In this document: positions 26,617-36,201 of the stretch, piece after piece | Layout: every line of letters begins with the position of its first letter | Position numbering within the stretch: the first letter of the stretch is position 1 | NCBI GenBank assembly: GCA_012838425.1 | Contig: DUPG01000021.1 | Location: 21,413 to 85,412, forward strand | Length of the DNA stretch: 64,000 bases | Source: Clostridiales bacterium | GTDB taxonomy: Bacteria > Bacillota > Clostridia > Christensenellales > CAG-138 | Reading direction: 5' to 3' | Position numbers and translations under genes: made by a program | Notes under the pieces: model-generated | Databases searched by the model: none | Told to the model about the DNA's origin: nothing | Seen by the model: only the letters and a program-made list of their open reading frames with translations

Positions 26617-26904
26617 TCAAGCCTTTTCCCACTTAGTGATTAAATCCTTAGCGCGTTGATAGTCCCTTCGCTTTACATAGGTCATATATACATACTGCGT
26701 GATATTATCAACAGGCATAGCATATTTAACGCTTGCTGCGGCGCGATAATCCATAGTCCTTGTTATCACAGAATTGCCACCCTGTGTTACGGTTTTCTGA
26801 TAATACTCAATTTTGTTTTCTTTCAATACGCTTGCGACGCGCTGCGCTTCCTCTTGAGAAATATCAGTTGTTAATAAACACTGATTTATAAATGGTATTA
26901 TCAT
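26617..26904 (-). CDS. hypothetical 95-aa protein, overlaps trxA stop by 4 nt
   Basis: The ORF overlaps the trxA stop, so it is probably translationally coupled. No motif recognised. A terminator follows. Confidence 0.5.
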   Translation of the reverse strand: MIIPFINQCLLTTDISQEEAQRVASVLKENKIEYYQKTVTQGGNSVITRTMDYRAAASVKYAMPVDNITQYVYMTYVKRRDYQRAKDLITKWEKA

Positions 26905-27215
26905 TTATCCACTACTAAATTCTGTAATGCTTCTTTGCTTCTCATGCCTACTTCACGCGCGACCTCAACGCCGTCCTTAAACACTACGAAGGTGGGAATG
27001 TTACGTATTCCGTACTTGCTTGCTAAATCGGGTTCGGCGTCGATATCCACTTTACCGACTACATAGGCGTCATTCGCTTCGTTTGAAAGCTCATCAACTA
27101 TGGGAGCCATCATTCTGCAGGGACCGCACCATGAAGCCCAAAAGTCAACCAGCACCGGCACATTTGCCTTCAAAACAACTTCTTCAAAATTCTTGCTGTT
27201 AAGTTCAATAGCCAT
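26901..27215 (-). CDS. trxA: thioredoxin
   Basis: WCGPC active site (FWASWCGPCRM). The ORF-track TTG at 27227 contains the RBS itself (GGAGG 27225-27221), so the ATG at 27215 (MAIELNS) is preferred. Confidence 0.9.
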   Translation of the reverse strand: MAIELNSKNFEEVVLKANVPVLVDFWASWCGPCRMMAPIVDELSNEANDAYVVGKVDIDAEPDLASKYGIRNIPTFVVFKDGVEVAREVGMRSKEALQNLVVDK

Positions 27216-27271
27216 ACTAACCTCCAACTTTCATTTATATTATGATAACCAAAACGCTTCTTTTCAATAAT

Positions 27272-28792
27272 TCAATCGCGCTTGGGCTTCATTGTCGGGA
27301 ACAATAGCACATCGCGGATTGACGAGCTATCCGTCAGAAGCATAACAAGCCTGTCTATGCCTATGCCTATACCGCCTGTGGGGGGCATACCATATTCAAG
27401 CGCCAAGCAGAAGTCCTCGTCTATCATCATGGCTTCGTCGTCGCCCTTTGCCTTTTCAAGCGCTTGCTGTGTAAAGCGTTCTCTCTGGTCTATGGGGTCG
27501 TTGAGCTCGGAGAATGCGTTTGCGTACTCGCTTCCCGCAATGAAAAGCTCAAAACGCTCTGTCAAACGCGGGTCGGAGGGCTTTCTCTTTGAAAGCGGCG
27601 AAACCTCTACGGGATAATCTATTACGAATGTAGGCTGTATTAGCTTATCCTCTACAAGCTCATCGAAAACCTCGAATAGAATCTTGCCTGTGGTAGCTGT
27701 TTTATCATCTATAGTTACACCCAGCTCCTTTGCGGCCTTACGCGCTTTTTCATCGTCGTTGAGCGCAGAGAAATCAATGCCCGTATGCTCCTTTACCAGG
27801 TCAGACATTGATATACGCCTGAAAGGAGGGGTTAAGTCGATTTCATTGCCTTGATAAACTACCTTTGTTGTGCCGCAAACTGTTTTTGCGCAATGGGAAA
27901 TCAAGTCCTCGGCAAGCTTCATCATACCATTGTAGTCAGTATATGCTTCGTACAGCTCAAGCATTGTGAATTCGGGGTTATGTGATGAATCCATACCCTC
28001 GTTTCTGAAAACTCTGCCTAACTCGTAAACGCGCTCTAAGCCGCCTACTACACATTGCTTCAAGTGAAGCTCTAACGCAATGCGCAGGTACATATCAATA
28101 TCAAGCGAATTGTGATGGGTTATGAAGGGGCGCGCGTTAGCTCCGCTTGCCGCTGTGTTCAGAACTGGAGTTTCAACCTCTAAATAGCCGCGCGAATCCA
28201 AAAAACGACGCACTTCGCTTATTATCCTGCTGCGCTTTACGAAGGTTTCCTTTACATCGGCATTAACTATCATATCAAGATAGCGCTGCCTGTATCTTAA
28301 CTCATTATCTCTAAGTCCATGAAACTTTTCCGGTAATGGATGCAATGACTTCGAAAGCAAGGTTATGCTGTTTACATGAATGCTTATCTCGCCAGTCTTT
28401 GTTTTGAAAACAATGCCGTGCGCGCCAACAATGTCGCCAATATCAAACGCCTTGAAATCGCTGTACGCTTCTTCACCTATATCGTTCATGCGGATATAGA
28501 GCTGAATACGCCCTTCACTGTCCTGAATCTGAGCAAAGCTTGCCTTGCCCATTATGCGCTTAGACATTATCCTGCCGGCAACACCGACAGTTTGACCTTC
28601 CAAGCTTTCGTAATTGCTTATTATGTTTTTACTGTAATGGGTTTGGTCGTACTTAACATTTTTATACGGGTCAAGATTACGCTTTTGTAGAGCATTCAGC
28701 TTTTCTATACGAATCTGCGTCTGCTCGCTCATATCCTGTTCGAGTAATTCGGTGTTGATTTCGGGGGTATCACCATTATTTATGTTGTCCAT
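27272..28792 (-). CDS. lysS: lysine--tRNA ligase (class II)
   Basis: 506 aa. OB-fold anticodon domain plus class II motifs ([16 protein letters not shown]). GGAGG RBS. Confidence 0.95.
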   Translation of the reverse strand: MDNINNGDTPEINTELLEQDMSEQTQIRIEKLNALQKRNLDPYKNVKYDQTHYSKNIISNYESLEGQTVGVAGRIMSKRIMGKASFAQIQDSEGRIQLYIRMNDIGEEAYSDFKAFDIGDIVGAHGIVFKTKTGEISIHVNSITLLSKSLHPLPEKFHGLRDNELRYRQRYLDMIVNADVKETFVKRSRIISEVRRFLDSRGYLEVETPVLNTAASGANARPFITHHNSLDIDMYLRIALELHLKQCVVGGLERVYELGRVFRNEGMDSSHNPEFTMLELYEAYTDYNGMMKLAEDLISHCAKTVCGTTKVVYQGNEIDLTPPFRRISMSDLVKEHTGIDFSALNDDEKARKAAKELGVTIDDKTATTGKILFEVFDELVEDKLIQPTFVIDYPVEVSPLSKRKPSDPRLTERFELFIAGSEYANAFSELNDPIDQRERFTQQALEKAKGDDEAMMIDEDFCLALEYGMPPTGGIGIGIDRLVMLLTDSSSIRDVLLFPTMKPKRD

Positions 28793-28805
28793 ACGACCTC
28801 CAAAT

Positions 28806-29273
28806 TTATTTCGTTATCTCCAACAGCTTGTAAAGTACAGGACCAGAAGGAGTTTGAACCTCGACTATATCACCTATTGAATGACCCAAAATTGCCTTGC
28901 CTACGGGCGATTCATTAGAAATACTGCCTTTTGAGATGCTCGCCTCCGCTTCAGACACAATGCGGAATTCCATCTCCAAATTCTTATTGAGATTGCAAAG
29001 ACGAACCTTTGCGCCTTCGTTTACAACATTTGTATCAATTTCGTTCTCGTCGATAATTATAGCATCGCGCAGAATCCTTTCCAACTCTTGAATCCTGCGC
29101 TCAGTTTCCGCCTGTCTGTTCATCGCTGCATCATATTCCGCATTTTCGCTTATATCGCCATGCGCGCGGGCGTCCTTTATCTCTTCGGAAATCTGAGCCA
29201 TTAACACATTTTTTAAATAGTCGAGTTCCTTTTCAGCCTCTTCTTTGTACTGTGCTGTAATTTTCTTAGTCAT
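28806..29273 (-). CDS. greA: transcription elongation factor GreA
   Basis: Coiled-coil N-terminus, [11 protein letters not shown] motif and a C-terminal FKBP-like domain. The ATG at 29273 is preceded by GGAGGATAAA. The ORF-track start at 29285 overlaps that RBS. Confidence 0.9.
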   Translation of the reverse strand: MTKKITAQYKEEAEKELDYLKNVLMAQISEEIKDARAHGDISENAEYDAAMNRQAETERRIQELERILRDAIIIDENEIDTNVVNEGAKVRLCNLNKNLEMEFRIVSEAEASISKGSISNESPVGKAILGHSIGDIVEVQTPSGPVLYKLLEITK

Positions 29274-29341
29274 TTTATCCTCCAAGCAAAAGTTAAACTT
29301 TCAACTGCATTGAAAGATTATAATATTTTGCCGGAGTATTG

Positions 29342-31126
29342 TCAATCAGCTTTTCCCCCTTCGAGATAATTTCTTCCCGGGAGCTTGTACTTCGCTTTAT
29401 ACTGCTTATACAACTCAATGTATTGAGAATTGGGCTCTTCCTTCAAGCGATTCAAATATTCGTGCGTATCGAAGGAATTGTTCTCCTTAACCTCAATTAA
29501 GGTAACAGCTATATTTGAACAGTGGTCGGATATGCGCTCATAGTTTGTCAAAATATCCGACAATACAAAGCCCATCTGAATTGTGCAGAAGCCGTTTTGC
29601 AAGCGTATTATGTGGTTTGCCTTGATTTCGGTTATCATCCTGTCTATTACCTGCTCTAAGGGCTCAACCTTTGCGGCAAGCTCTATATCGTCGTTCATGA
29701 AAGACTGCATTGTAATATCAAGTATCTCTCTTATCGCCGCTGTGAGCACCTCAAGCTCCTTCTTCGCCATATCCGAAAAGTCGATTTGACGCTCGTACAT
29801 TTCCTTCGCGGCATTGCTTAAATTTACAGCATGGTCGCCAAGCCTTTCAAAATCGCCTATTGAATGAAGCATCTTGAATACCTGCTTGCTATCTTTATCA
29901 GACAATTCCTTACTGGATAGCTTTACTAAGTATGTTCCAAGCTTGTCCTCATACTTGTCAAGCTCGCTTTCCTTTTCGGATACCAATTCAGCCTGACTTT
30001 CGCTGAAATTCTTGAACAAGGACATAGACAGCAGTATTATCTCATGTGCGGTTGACGCCATTTTGCGTGTAACATTGTTGCATTCAGCAACAGCAAATGA
30101 GGGGGTGAGAAGCAGGCGCTCGTCAACAAGAGTGTATTTCTCCGAATGCTTCGAATCGGGGACAATAAGGTTTACCAGCTTCTCTAACTGTTTTACGAAG
30201 GGCAGCAGGAATATTGAAGTAATGATGTTAGATGAGGTTTGGACTATTGCAATGTAAAATGGCTGAACATCGCTTTGCGCAAGTCCCAGCTTGAATATGC
30301 TGTCTATTAAATAGAATACTATAAGGCAAATTACCGCGCCTAAAACATTGAACAACAGGTGAATTACTGCAACGCGCTTTGCGTTCTTATTTGCGCCCAC
30401 GCTTGATACCAGCGCAGTTGCGCAAGTGCCTATCTCAAAGCCCATCATAATAGGCAGCGCCATGCCGAAGGTTATTCCGCCGCTTACAGATAACGACTGC
30501 AATATAGCGACCGAAGCCGCAGAGCTTTGAATAACTACTGTAAATACCGCCCCGACTATTACACCCATAACGGGGTTAGTGAACATAGTCATTATGTTTA
30601 CAAACTGCGGGATTTCCTGCAAGCCGCTGACGGCTGTTTTCATAACCGACATGCTATACATAAGAATTGAGAAGCCCAGCAATACAGTTCCAAAATGCTT
30701 TCTGCGCTGCTTCTTTGAAAGCACTGAAAGGGATATGCCTATCAGCGCGGTTATCATAGCAATATTTTCGGGCTTGAACAGTAATAAAAAGCCGGCTTCT
30801 TCGCTTATTCCTACTAAAGAAAGCAGCCAGCTTGTAAGAGTTGTACCTATATTCGAACCGAATATTATGCCGATTGCCTGTCGAAACGACATAAGACCGG
30901 AGTTTGCGAAGCCAACAAGCATTACCGTAACGGCAGTTGAGGATTGCAGCGCAACAGTAAGCCCTGCGCCTAATATAATGCTTTTTATCAGATTTGAAGT
31001 TAATCGTCTTAATGAGCTTTCAAGTTTTCTGCTTGCGATTTTCTCTAACCCAAGCGACATAAGATTCATTCCAAACAAAAAAAATGCAATGCCGCCAAGC
31101 AGAGTCAATACATCAAAAAAATCCAT
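29342..31126 (-). CDS. Na+/phosphate cotransporter family protein with C-terminal PhoU-like domains
   Basis: 594 aa. Polytopic N-terminal half contains duplicated QSS-type motifs (LQSSTAVTVM, IQSSAASVAI). The C-terminal helical PhoU-like repeats end ...ERLGDHA / ERISDHC. Confidence 0.85.
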   Translation of the reverse strand: MDFFDVLTLLGGIAFFLFGMNLMSLGLEKIASRKLESSLRRLTSNLIKSIILGAGLTVALQSSTAVTVMLVGFANSGLMSFRQAIGIIFGSNIGTTLTSWLLSLVGISEEAGFLLLFKPENIAMITALIGISLSVLSKKQRRKHFGTVLLGFSILMYSMSVMKTAVSGLQEIPQFVNIMTMFTNPVMGVIVGAVFTVVIQSSAASVAILQSLSVSGGITFGMALPIMMGFEIGTCATALVSSVGANKNAKRVAVIHLLFNVLGAVICLIVFYLIDSIFKLGLAQSDVQPFYIAIVQTSSNIITSIFLLPFVKQLEKLVNLIVPDSKHSEKYTLVDERLLLTPSFAVAECNNVTRKMASTAHEIILLSMSLFKNFSESQAELVSEKESELDKYEDKLGTYLVKLSSKELSDKDSKQVFKMLHSIGDFERLGDHAVNLSNAAKEMYERQIDFSDMAKKELEVLTAAIREILDITMQSFMNDDIELAAKVEPLEQVIDRMITEIKANHIIRLQNGFCTIQMGFVLSDILTNYERISDHCSNIAVTLIEVKENNSFDTHEYLNRLKEEPNSQYIELYKQYKAKYKLPGRNYLEGGKAD

Positions 31127-31212
31127 TATTCCTCCTCACGAACGCAAATTGCGACAAATGCATTATACCCAAGTATTATTGCAAATGCAATATGCTATTT
31201 TGCCTTATGCCA

Positions 31213-31872
31213 TTATACAAGCTGCTGTTCGTTTATTATTAGCTTGAATTGCAGCCCAAGCATTGCTGCCGCCTGCTTGCACATAAGCATTCTATTTAGA
31301 AATATCTGAAAGTAGTCCATTACAGAGCAGTAGTGCGTATCAACCTCTAACTTAATCTTTATAAGCGTACGCTCCTCATTTATTTTTAGTATTGACTTCT
31401 TGACCGAGTAGTTTACACGGTCGTGAATATCGAAGTCTTGAGCATTTATGCTTCTCACTCTGCTTCTACGAACGTCGGACTTATCAGCTAATATCAACGC
31501 GGCGGCGATAGCATTTACCGGCACTCCTGTACCTTCATCGTGATTGCCAATAGCGCTTACTATTGTGGCTACCTCCTCCGGCGGCATATTCAGCTTATTA
31601 AGTATTTGAAAAGCCATTAAAGCACCGCTTTGCGAGTGTGAATCCCTGTTTACAAGGTTACCTATGTCGTGCAGATAGCCTGCGATTTTTGCAAGCTCTA
31701 CCTCACGCTTTGAATAGCCTAATGTTTCTAAAATATAGCCCGCATTCTCTGCGACCAGTGTAACATGGGCTGTGCTATGCTCTGTATATCCCAACGCTAA
31801 CAATGCTTTATCCGCATTTGCGATATATGTATTCACTTCTTGATTATTCTTTATATCTTGGTATGTTATCAT
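31213..31872 (-). CDS. HD-domain phosphohydrolase family protein
   Basis: 219 aa. H...HD motif (HSTAHV ... GYLHDIGN) and a later NHDEG. Confidence 0.7.
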   Translation of the reverse strand: MITYQDIKNNQEVNTYIANADKALLALGYTEHSTAHVTLVAENAGYILETLGYSKREVELAKIAGYLHDIGNLVNRDSHSQSGALMAFQILNKLNMPPEEVATIVSAIGNHDEGTGVPVNAIAAALILADKSDVRRSRVRSINAQDFDIHDRVNYSVKKSILKINEERTLIKIKLEVDTHYCSVMDYFQIFLNRMLMCKQAAAMLGLQFKLIINEQQLV

Positions 31873-31890
31873 TCATTTCCCCATTTCGTG

Positions 31891-33471
31891 TTAATCTTTA
31901 ATAGTAATCTTTACATCATCTGTTCCTAAACAGCTTAACAGACCGTCAATCATCTCATCGTCTTCATCGCCCTCTATTAGCTTTGGCGAAAACACCAAGC
32001 CGTTTTGGAGCTTGTCTAACTCCGCTTGAATCAGATCCTTCTTTTCCTTTACTAAGTTATAATGCGTCCTTTCTATATAGCAAGGCACTAAGCATTCTCC
32101 CGAAAGCTCTATTGACCTGAATTTTCCCATCGAAAGCGGTAAGAACACCGTATCATCTAACTTTGACACCGCTTCGATTAAGTCCTTCATAAGCTTGCGC
32201 GCATCGTCTTGCTTCTTTGCAGGCTGACTTTTAGCTTCTTCCTTTGGTTTTTTAGGCTTAGCCGCCAGCTTTTCCTGCTTGACTTCGTGCATTTCTTCGA
32301 TTTTCGGCTTGGCTTCTGCGAATACGCCCTGCTCAAGCTGCTTTTCTAATACAGCAATTCTATCGAGCGCCGCCTGCATGGTTTGCTCGGTTTCGGGACT
32401 GCAAATCTTTATCAAGGCAGTTTCAATAAGCACTCTTGGCTGAGGGAAGTACCTTAGCTGCGATTGCGTGTTGGTCAGTATATCCATTGAGCGCATAAGG
32501 CGTTCTGTTGAAACATCCTTGCCAAGCTCTATGGCTCTATTCATAAAGTCTTCGGTGCAGTCTAATATCTCCGCGCAGTTGCCACAAAGCTTTCCGTACA
32601 GTATTCCGCGAAAAATAGCCGTAAGCTCTGTTACGAATACGGGAACATCCCTGCCTGCAATCATTTCGTCAAAAAGTCTTAACGCTTCTTGAATATTTGA
32701 TTTGATAAGCTCGCCGGCAATCCTGAATAGATTCTCGGAATCCAAGCTGCCTAATATGTGGTGAACATCCTCAGCAGTTACATTGTTGCCGCAGAATGAA
32801 ATACACTGATCAGCCAACGACAGCGCGTCGCGCATACCGCCATTAGCTTTTGAGGCTATGGTGAGCAGACCTTCATGCTCTATTGTTGCGCCCACCTGCT
32901 GCAATACAGATGTTAGGCACTGTATGATATCCTTTGATTTCAGCCTTCTGAACTCAAACCTCTGGCAGCGTGAAGCTATTGTAGGTATGATTTTATGCGG
33001 TTCGGTTGTAGCTAATATGAAAAGTACATGGTCCGGCGGCTCCTCAAGCGTTTTTAAGAGAGCATTGAACGCGCTTGAAGTAATCATGTGCGCTTCGTCG
33101 ATTATATACACCTTCTTACGCATCTTAATTGGCGAGAACACCGCCTTTTCTATAAGCGCGCGCATATCGTCAACGCGGTTGTTCGATGCCGCGTCAAGCT
33201 CTATTATATCGACATTATCTTCTATGCTTTCCTTGCAGGCTTCACAAACCAAGCAAGGCTCTCCTTCAATAGGATTCAGGCAGTTTACCGCGCGGGAAAG
33301 TATTTTCGCGGTGCTTGTTTTACCCGTTCCCCTTGAACCGGAAAACAAATAGGCGTGTGAAACCTGCCCGGAGGATATTTGATTCTTCAAAACTGTCGTA
33401 ATATGCTCCTGACCTATTACTTCTGAAAACCTTTGCGGTCTGTATTTTCTATATAGTGCCTTGTACTCCAT
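31891..33471 (-). CDS. dnaX: DNA polymerase III subunit gamma/tau
   Basis: 526 aa. YRKYRPQRF start, Walker A GSRGTGKTS, zinc module CLNPIEGEPCLVCEAC, and SRC motif (ASRCQRF). Confidence 0.93.
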   Translation of the reverse strand: MEYKALYRKYRPQRFSEVIGQEHITTVLKNQISSGQVSHAYLFSGSRGTGKTSTAKILSRAVNCLNPIEGEPCLVCEACKESIEDNVDIIELDAASNNRVDDMRALIEKAVFSPIKMRKKVYIIDEAHMITSSAFNALLKTLEEPPDHVLFILATTEPHKIIPTIASRCQRFEFRRLKSKDIIQCLTSVLQQVGATIEHEGLLTIASKANGGMRDALSLADQCISFCGNNVTAEDVHHILGSLDSENLFRIAGELIKSNIQEALRLFDEMIAGRDVPVFVTELTAIFRGILYGKLCGNCAEILDCTEDFMNRAIELGKDVSTERLMRSMDILTNTQSQLRYFPQPRVLIETALIKICSPETEQTMQAALDRIAVLEKQLEQGVFAEAKPKIEEMHEVKQEKLAAKPKKPKEEAKSQPAKKQDDARKLMKDLIEAVSKLDDTVFLPLSMGKFRSIELSGECLVPCYIERTHYNLVKEKKDLIQAELDKLQNGLVFSPKLIEGDEDDEMIDGLLSCLGTDDVKITIKD

Positions 33472-33616
33472 TTTCCCCTCATAAAATACTGTCTTTAATT
33501 ATTATAGCACAAAACTGCCTTATAGGATAATTCTTGTCGCTGTGCTTCGACATATTTCTGCACCTATACCGCAAAAAAAGAATAACATAATTGTATGAAC
33601 GACTAAGGGGGTAAAA

Positions 33617-34408
33617 ATGCATCCGCTTGTTGAAGTAAAAAATGTCGGTTTAGTTTATCACGAACCGCACGCGGAAACTCAAGCACTAAAAAATCTGAAT
33701 ATGACTGTAAACGAGGGCGAGTTCGTTGCAATAATTGGTCCATCGGGCTGTGGAAAGACTTCGCTTCTTTCCTTGCTGTCGGGCTTCATAAAACCATCGG
33801 AGGGCGAAGTGCTGATAAGAGGAAAAAGCATAGATGAAACAGACGCATCAAAATCACAAATAGGCTATATGCTACAGCACGACCACCTGTTAGACTGGCG
33901 CACCATCGAAGGCAATGTGCTTTTAGGCTTGCAGGTGAAGCATATGCTTACACCTGAAACGCACGAATACGCGCTTGAGCTTTTGAACAGGTATGGGCTG
34001 TATGAGTTCAGAAACCACTATCCAAGACAGCTCTCAGGCGGTATGCGACAGAAAGCCGCGCTTATCAGAACGCTTGCTTTTTCGCCTTGCCTGCTTCTGC
34101 TTGACGAGCCTTTTTCTTCATTAGACTATCTTACAAGGCTGAAGCTTGGAGATGAAGTATATAAAATCATCAAATCAGAAGGCAAAACGGCTATTTTAGT
34201 GACGCACGATATAGCCGAAGCAATCTCTATGGCGAACAGAATATATGTGTTTACGCAGCGACCGGCCTCTGTGCGTTCTGAATACAATATTGAGTTAAAC
34301 AAAGATAACGGCGCATTGGCAACACGGAATCTGCCCGGATTCAAGGAATATTTCGATACCCTATGGAAGGAGTTAGACCATGAGCAAACGAAAAATCGCG
34401 CTGAATGA
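33617..34408 (+). CDS. ABC transporter ATP-binding protein (nitrate/sulfonate/taurine NitT/TauT-type)
   Basis: 263 aa. Walker A GPSGCGKTS, signature LSGGMRQ, Walker B LLLLDEP. AAGGGGG RBS. Confidence 0.9.
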   Translation: MHPLVEVKNVGLVYHEPHAETQALKNLNMTVNEGEFVAIIGPSGCGKTSLLSLLSGFIKPSEGEVLIRGKSIDETDASKSQIGYMLQHDHLLDWRTIEGNVLLGLQVKHMLTPETHEYALELLNRYGLYEFRNHYPRQLSGGMRQKAALIRTLAFSPCLLLLDEPFSSLDYLTRLKLGDEVYKIIKSEGKTAILVTHDIAEAISMANRIYVFTQRPASVRSEYNIELNKDNGALATRNLPGFKEYFDTLWKELDHEQTKNRAE

Positions 34409-35213
34409 GTATTCGCAGGAGCATTTATTATATTTGGAATCCATAAAGCGAAAAAAGCTGCTTATAAGCATATTGCGCTACGCTTTATTCATTATATTTA
34501 TCGCGTTGTGGGAGGTATTGGCGCGGTTCAATATTATTGACCCGTTTATATTCAGCAGCCCTTCAAGAGTAATACAAACCACAATAAACCTATACAATGG
34601 CGGAGAGCTTTTCATGCACATTGGGGTAACATTGGCGGAAACCGTATTGGGCTTTTTGTTAGGAACGCTTGCCGGAACAAGTATTGCTATTATACTTTGG
34701 TGGTCGGAAACGATACAGAGGGTATTAGACCCTTACTTAGTTGTGCTGAACGCGCTTCCTAAAATTGCTTTGGGACCGATTATCATAGTGTGGATTGGCG
34801 CAGGTATGAATTCGATTATTGTAATGGCTTTGCTAATATCGCTTATAGTTACTATTATGACAGTGCTATCCGGCTTTATGGAGGAAAATGCGCAAAAGCA
34901 AATGCTTATGAAAACCTTAGGCGCAAGCAAGTGGCAGATATTTTCACTCGTGGTGCTGCCTGCAAGCGTGCCAACTATTGTATCCGCGTTGAAAATAAGC
35001 GTAGGTATGAGCTGGGTAGGCGTTATAGTGGGCGAATACTTGGTTTCGAAAGCGGGACTTGGCTACTTAATAGTATATGGCGGGCAGGTGTTTAAGCTTG
35101 ATTTGGTTATGACGAGCATTGCGATAATCAGCGTGCTTGCCGCCCTGATGTATTTTGGTGTGTCATGGCTTGAAAAAGCGCTTATAAACTGGCGTTCTCA
35201 TAGCAAGGGATAA
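34380..35213 (+). CDS. ABC transporter permease (BPD_transp_1, SsuC/TauC-like)
   Basis: 277 aa and polytopic. Overlaps the ATPase gene by 29 nt. EAA-like loop region (MKTLGASKWQIFSLVVLPASVP). Confidence 0.85.
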   Translation: MSKRKIALNEYSQEHLLYLESIKRKKLLISILRYALFIIFIALWEVLARFNIIDPFIFSSPSRVIQTTINLYNGGELFMHIGVTLAETVLGFLLGTLAGTSIAIILWWSETIQRVLDPYLVVLNALPKIALGPIIIVWIGAGMNSIIVMALLISLIVTIMTVLSGFMEENAQKQMLMKTLGASKWQIFSLVVLPASVPTIVSALKISVGMSWVGVIVGEYLVSKAGLGYLIVYGGQVFKLDLVMTSIAIISVLAALMYFGVSWLEKALINWRSHSKG

Positions 35214-35216
35214 CAC

Positions 35217-35243
35217 GATAAGGCGGGAGTTACCCCGCCTATC
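35217..35243. other. GC-rich hairpin between convergent permease and GntR genes (weak terminator candidate)
   Basis: AGGCGGG (35221-35227) / CCCGCCT (35234-35240) plus a flanking GAT/ATC. No U-tract follows on either strand, so terminator function is uncertain. Confidence 0.3.
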
Positions 35244-35268
35244 GAAAAATAAAGGAGAGTAAAAATGC

Positions 35269-35952
35269 TTAAAGCAACACTGGAGAATTTATCAGCAGCA
35301 CCTTAGTTGTTTCTAAGTGAGTGCGTAAAATAGCGTTTGCTAATTCAACATCTCTCGCGCGGCAGGCCTCAAGCAATAGGATATGGTCTTCATAAGCGTT
35401 CTTATGAATCTGATTTTCTGAGTAAAACGGACGAACATACCTATCGACATTAGCGTGCAGCTGGTCAATGTATTGCTCTAATATCGGGTTGTTTGCTGGA
35501 CGGTACAAAGTGAAGTGGAACTCTAAGTTCAAATCTTCAAGTCGGTTCAAATCGGTTTCATTCTTAAATTCTTCGCAAATCGCGTGTGCCGCGTCGATAA
35601 CCTCATCTGTCATAGCAGTTGATGCGACTGCCGCACGAATAGCGCCAAGCTCTAAGAGTATGCGAATATCCATGATGTTCTTCATCTCTTCAAGCGTCAA
35701 CTTAGTAACGACAGCGCCCCTGTTAGGATAAATGCGTACTAAACCTTGAGCTTCTAACTGCCTGAATGCTTCACGAACAGGAATGTGACTTACGCTTAGC
35801 GCTTGTGAGATTTCATCTTGACGAAGTGGTACACCGCCCGGTAATACTCCTCTAATGATTGCGGTACGAATGACTTGAAAAACCCAATCTCTTGCAGCCA
35901 TTGATTTAGGCTGCAGCTCTTCTGCAATAGCTCTTAAATCCATAACCCTCAC
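35269..35952 (-). CDS. GntR-family transcriptional regulator (FadR/FCD subfamily)
   Basis: N-terminal wHTH (LRQDEISQALSVSHIPVREAFRQLEAQGLV) plus a helical FCD-type C-terminal domain. The start is either GTG at 35952 or ATG at 35943. Confidence 0.85.
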   Translation of the reverse strand: MRVMDLRAIAEELQPKSMAARDWVFQVIRTAIIRGVLPGGVPLRQDEISQALSVSHIPVREAFRQLEAQGLVRIYPNRGAVVTKLTLEEMKNIMDIRILLELGAIRAAVASTAMTDEVIDAAHAICEEFKNETDLNRLEDLNLEFHFTLYRPANNPILEQYIDQLHANVDRYVRPFYSENQIHKNAYEDHILLLEACRARDVELANAILRTHLETTKVLLINSPVLL

Positions 35953-35966
35953 CTATCCTATTTTAT

Positions 35967-35984
35967 TAGCACACACGCGTGCTA
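35967..35984. promoter_or_regulatory. inverted repeat, candidate GntR operator
   Basis: TAGCAC-ACACGC-GTGCTA (6-6-6) begins 15 nt upstream of the GntR-family gene start. Confidence 0.3.
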
Positions 35985-36137
35985 TGTATATTTTATATAG
36001 GAGAAACGATTTTGTCAACACTTGATTTAATTTCCCGACAAAAAAGTTATTATATCAAACTATTTTTCAAAAGCAATGTTATAGTATGACGAAACGAAAA
36101 AGCTGCTGCCGCATATTGCAGGCTGTATTTACATAGC

Positions 36138-36166
36138 TTGCATATTACCTGCTTTTTTAATATACT
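36138..36166 (+). promoter_or_regulatory. candidate promoter for the miaB-mutSL-miaA-hfq block
   Basis: TTGCAT (36138-36143), 17-nt spacer, TATACT (36161-36166). Confidence 0.4.
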
Positions 36167-36201
36167 AACCTAGTGAATTTATATTAGAATAGGAAGAAGC
36201 T

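Noticed and set aside
30579-31247. 222-aa ORF on the plus strand
   Set aside because: It is antisense to the Na/Pi cotransporter gene and runs into the HD gene's 3' end. Long antisense ORFs are common opposite hydrophobic membrane genes. No RBS.
33472-33616. Expected SRP RNA (ffs) upstream of dnaX, or a TPP riboswitch upstream of the ABC transporter
   Set aside because: The 145-bp region is AT-rich. It lacks the SRP domain IV-type helix and the CUGAGA/ACCUGA TPP core motifs. The 7540-7695 region was also checked with the same negative result.
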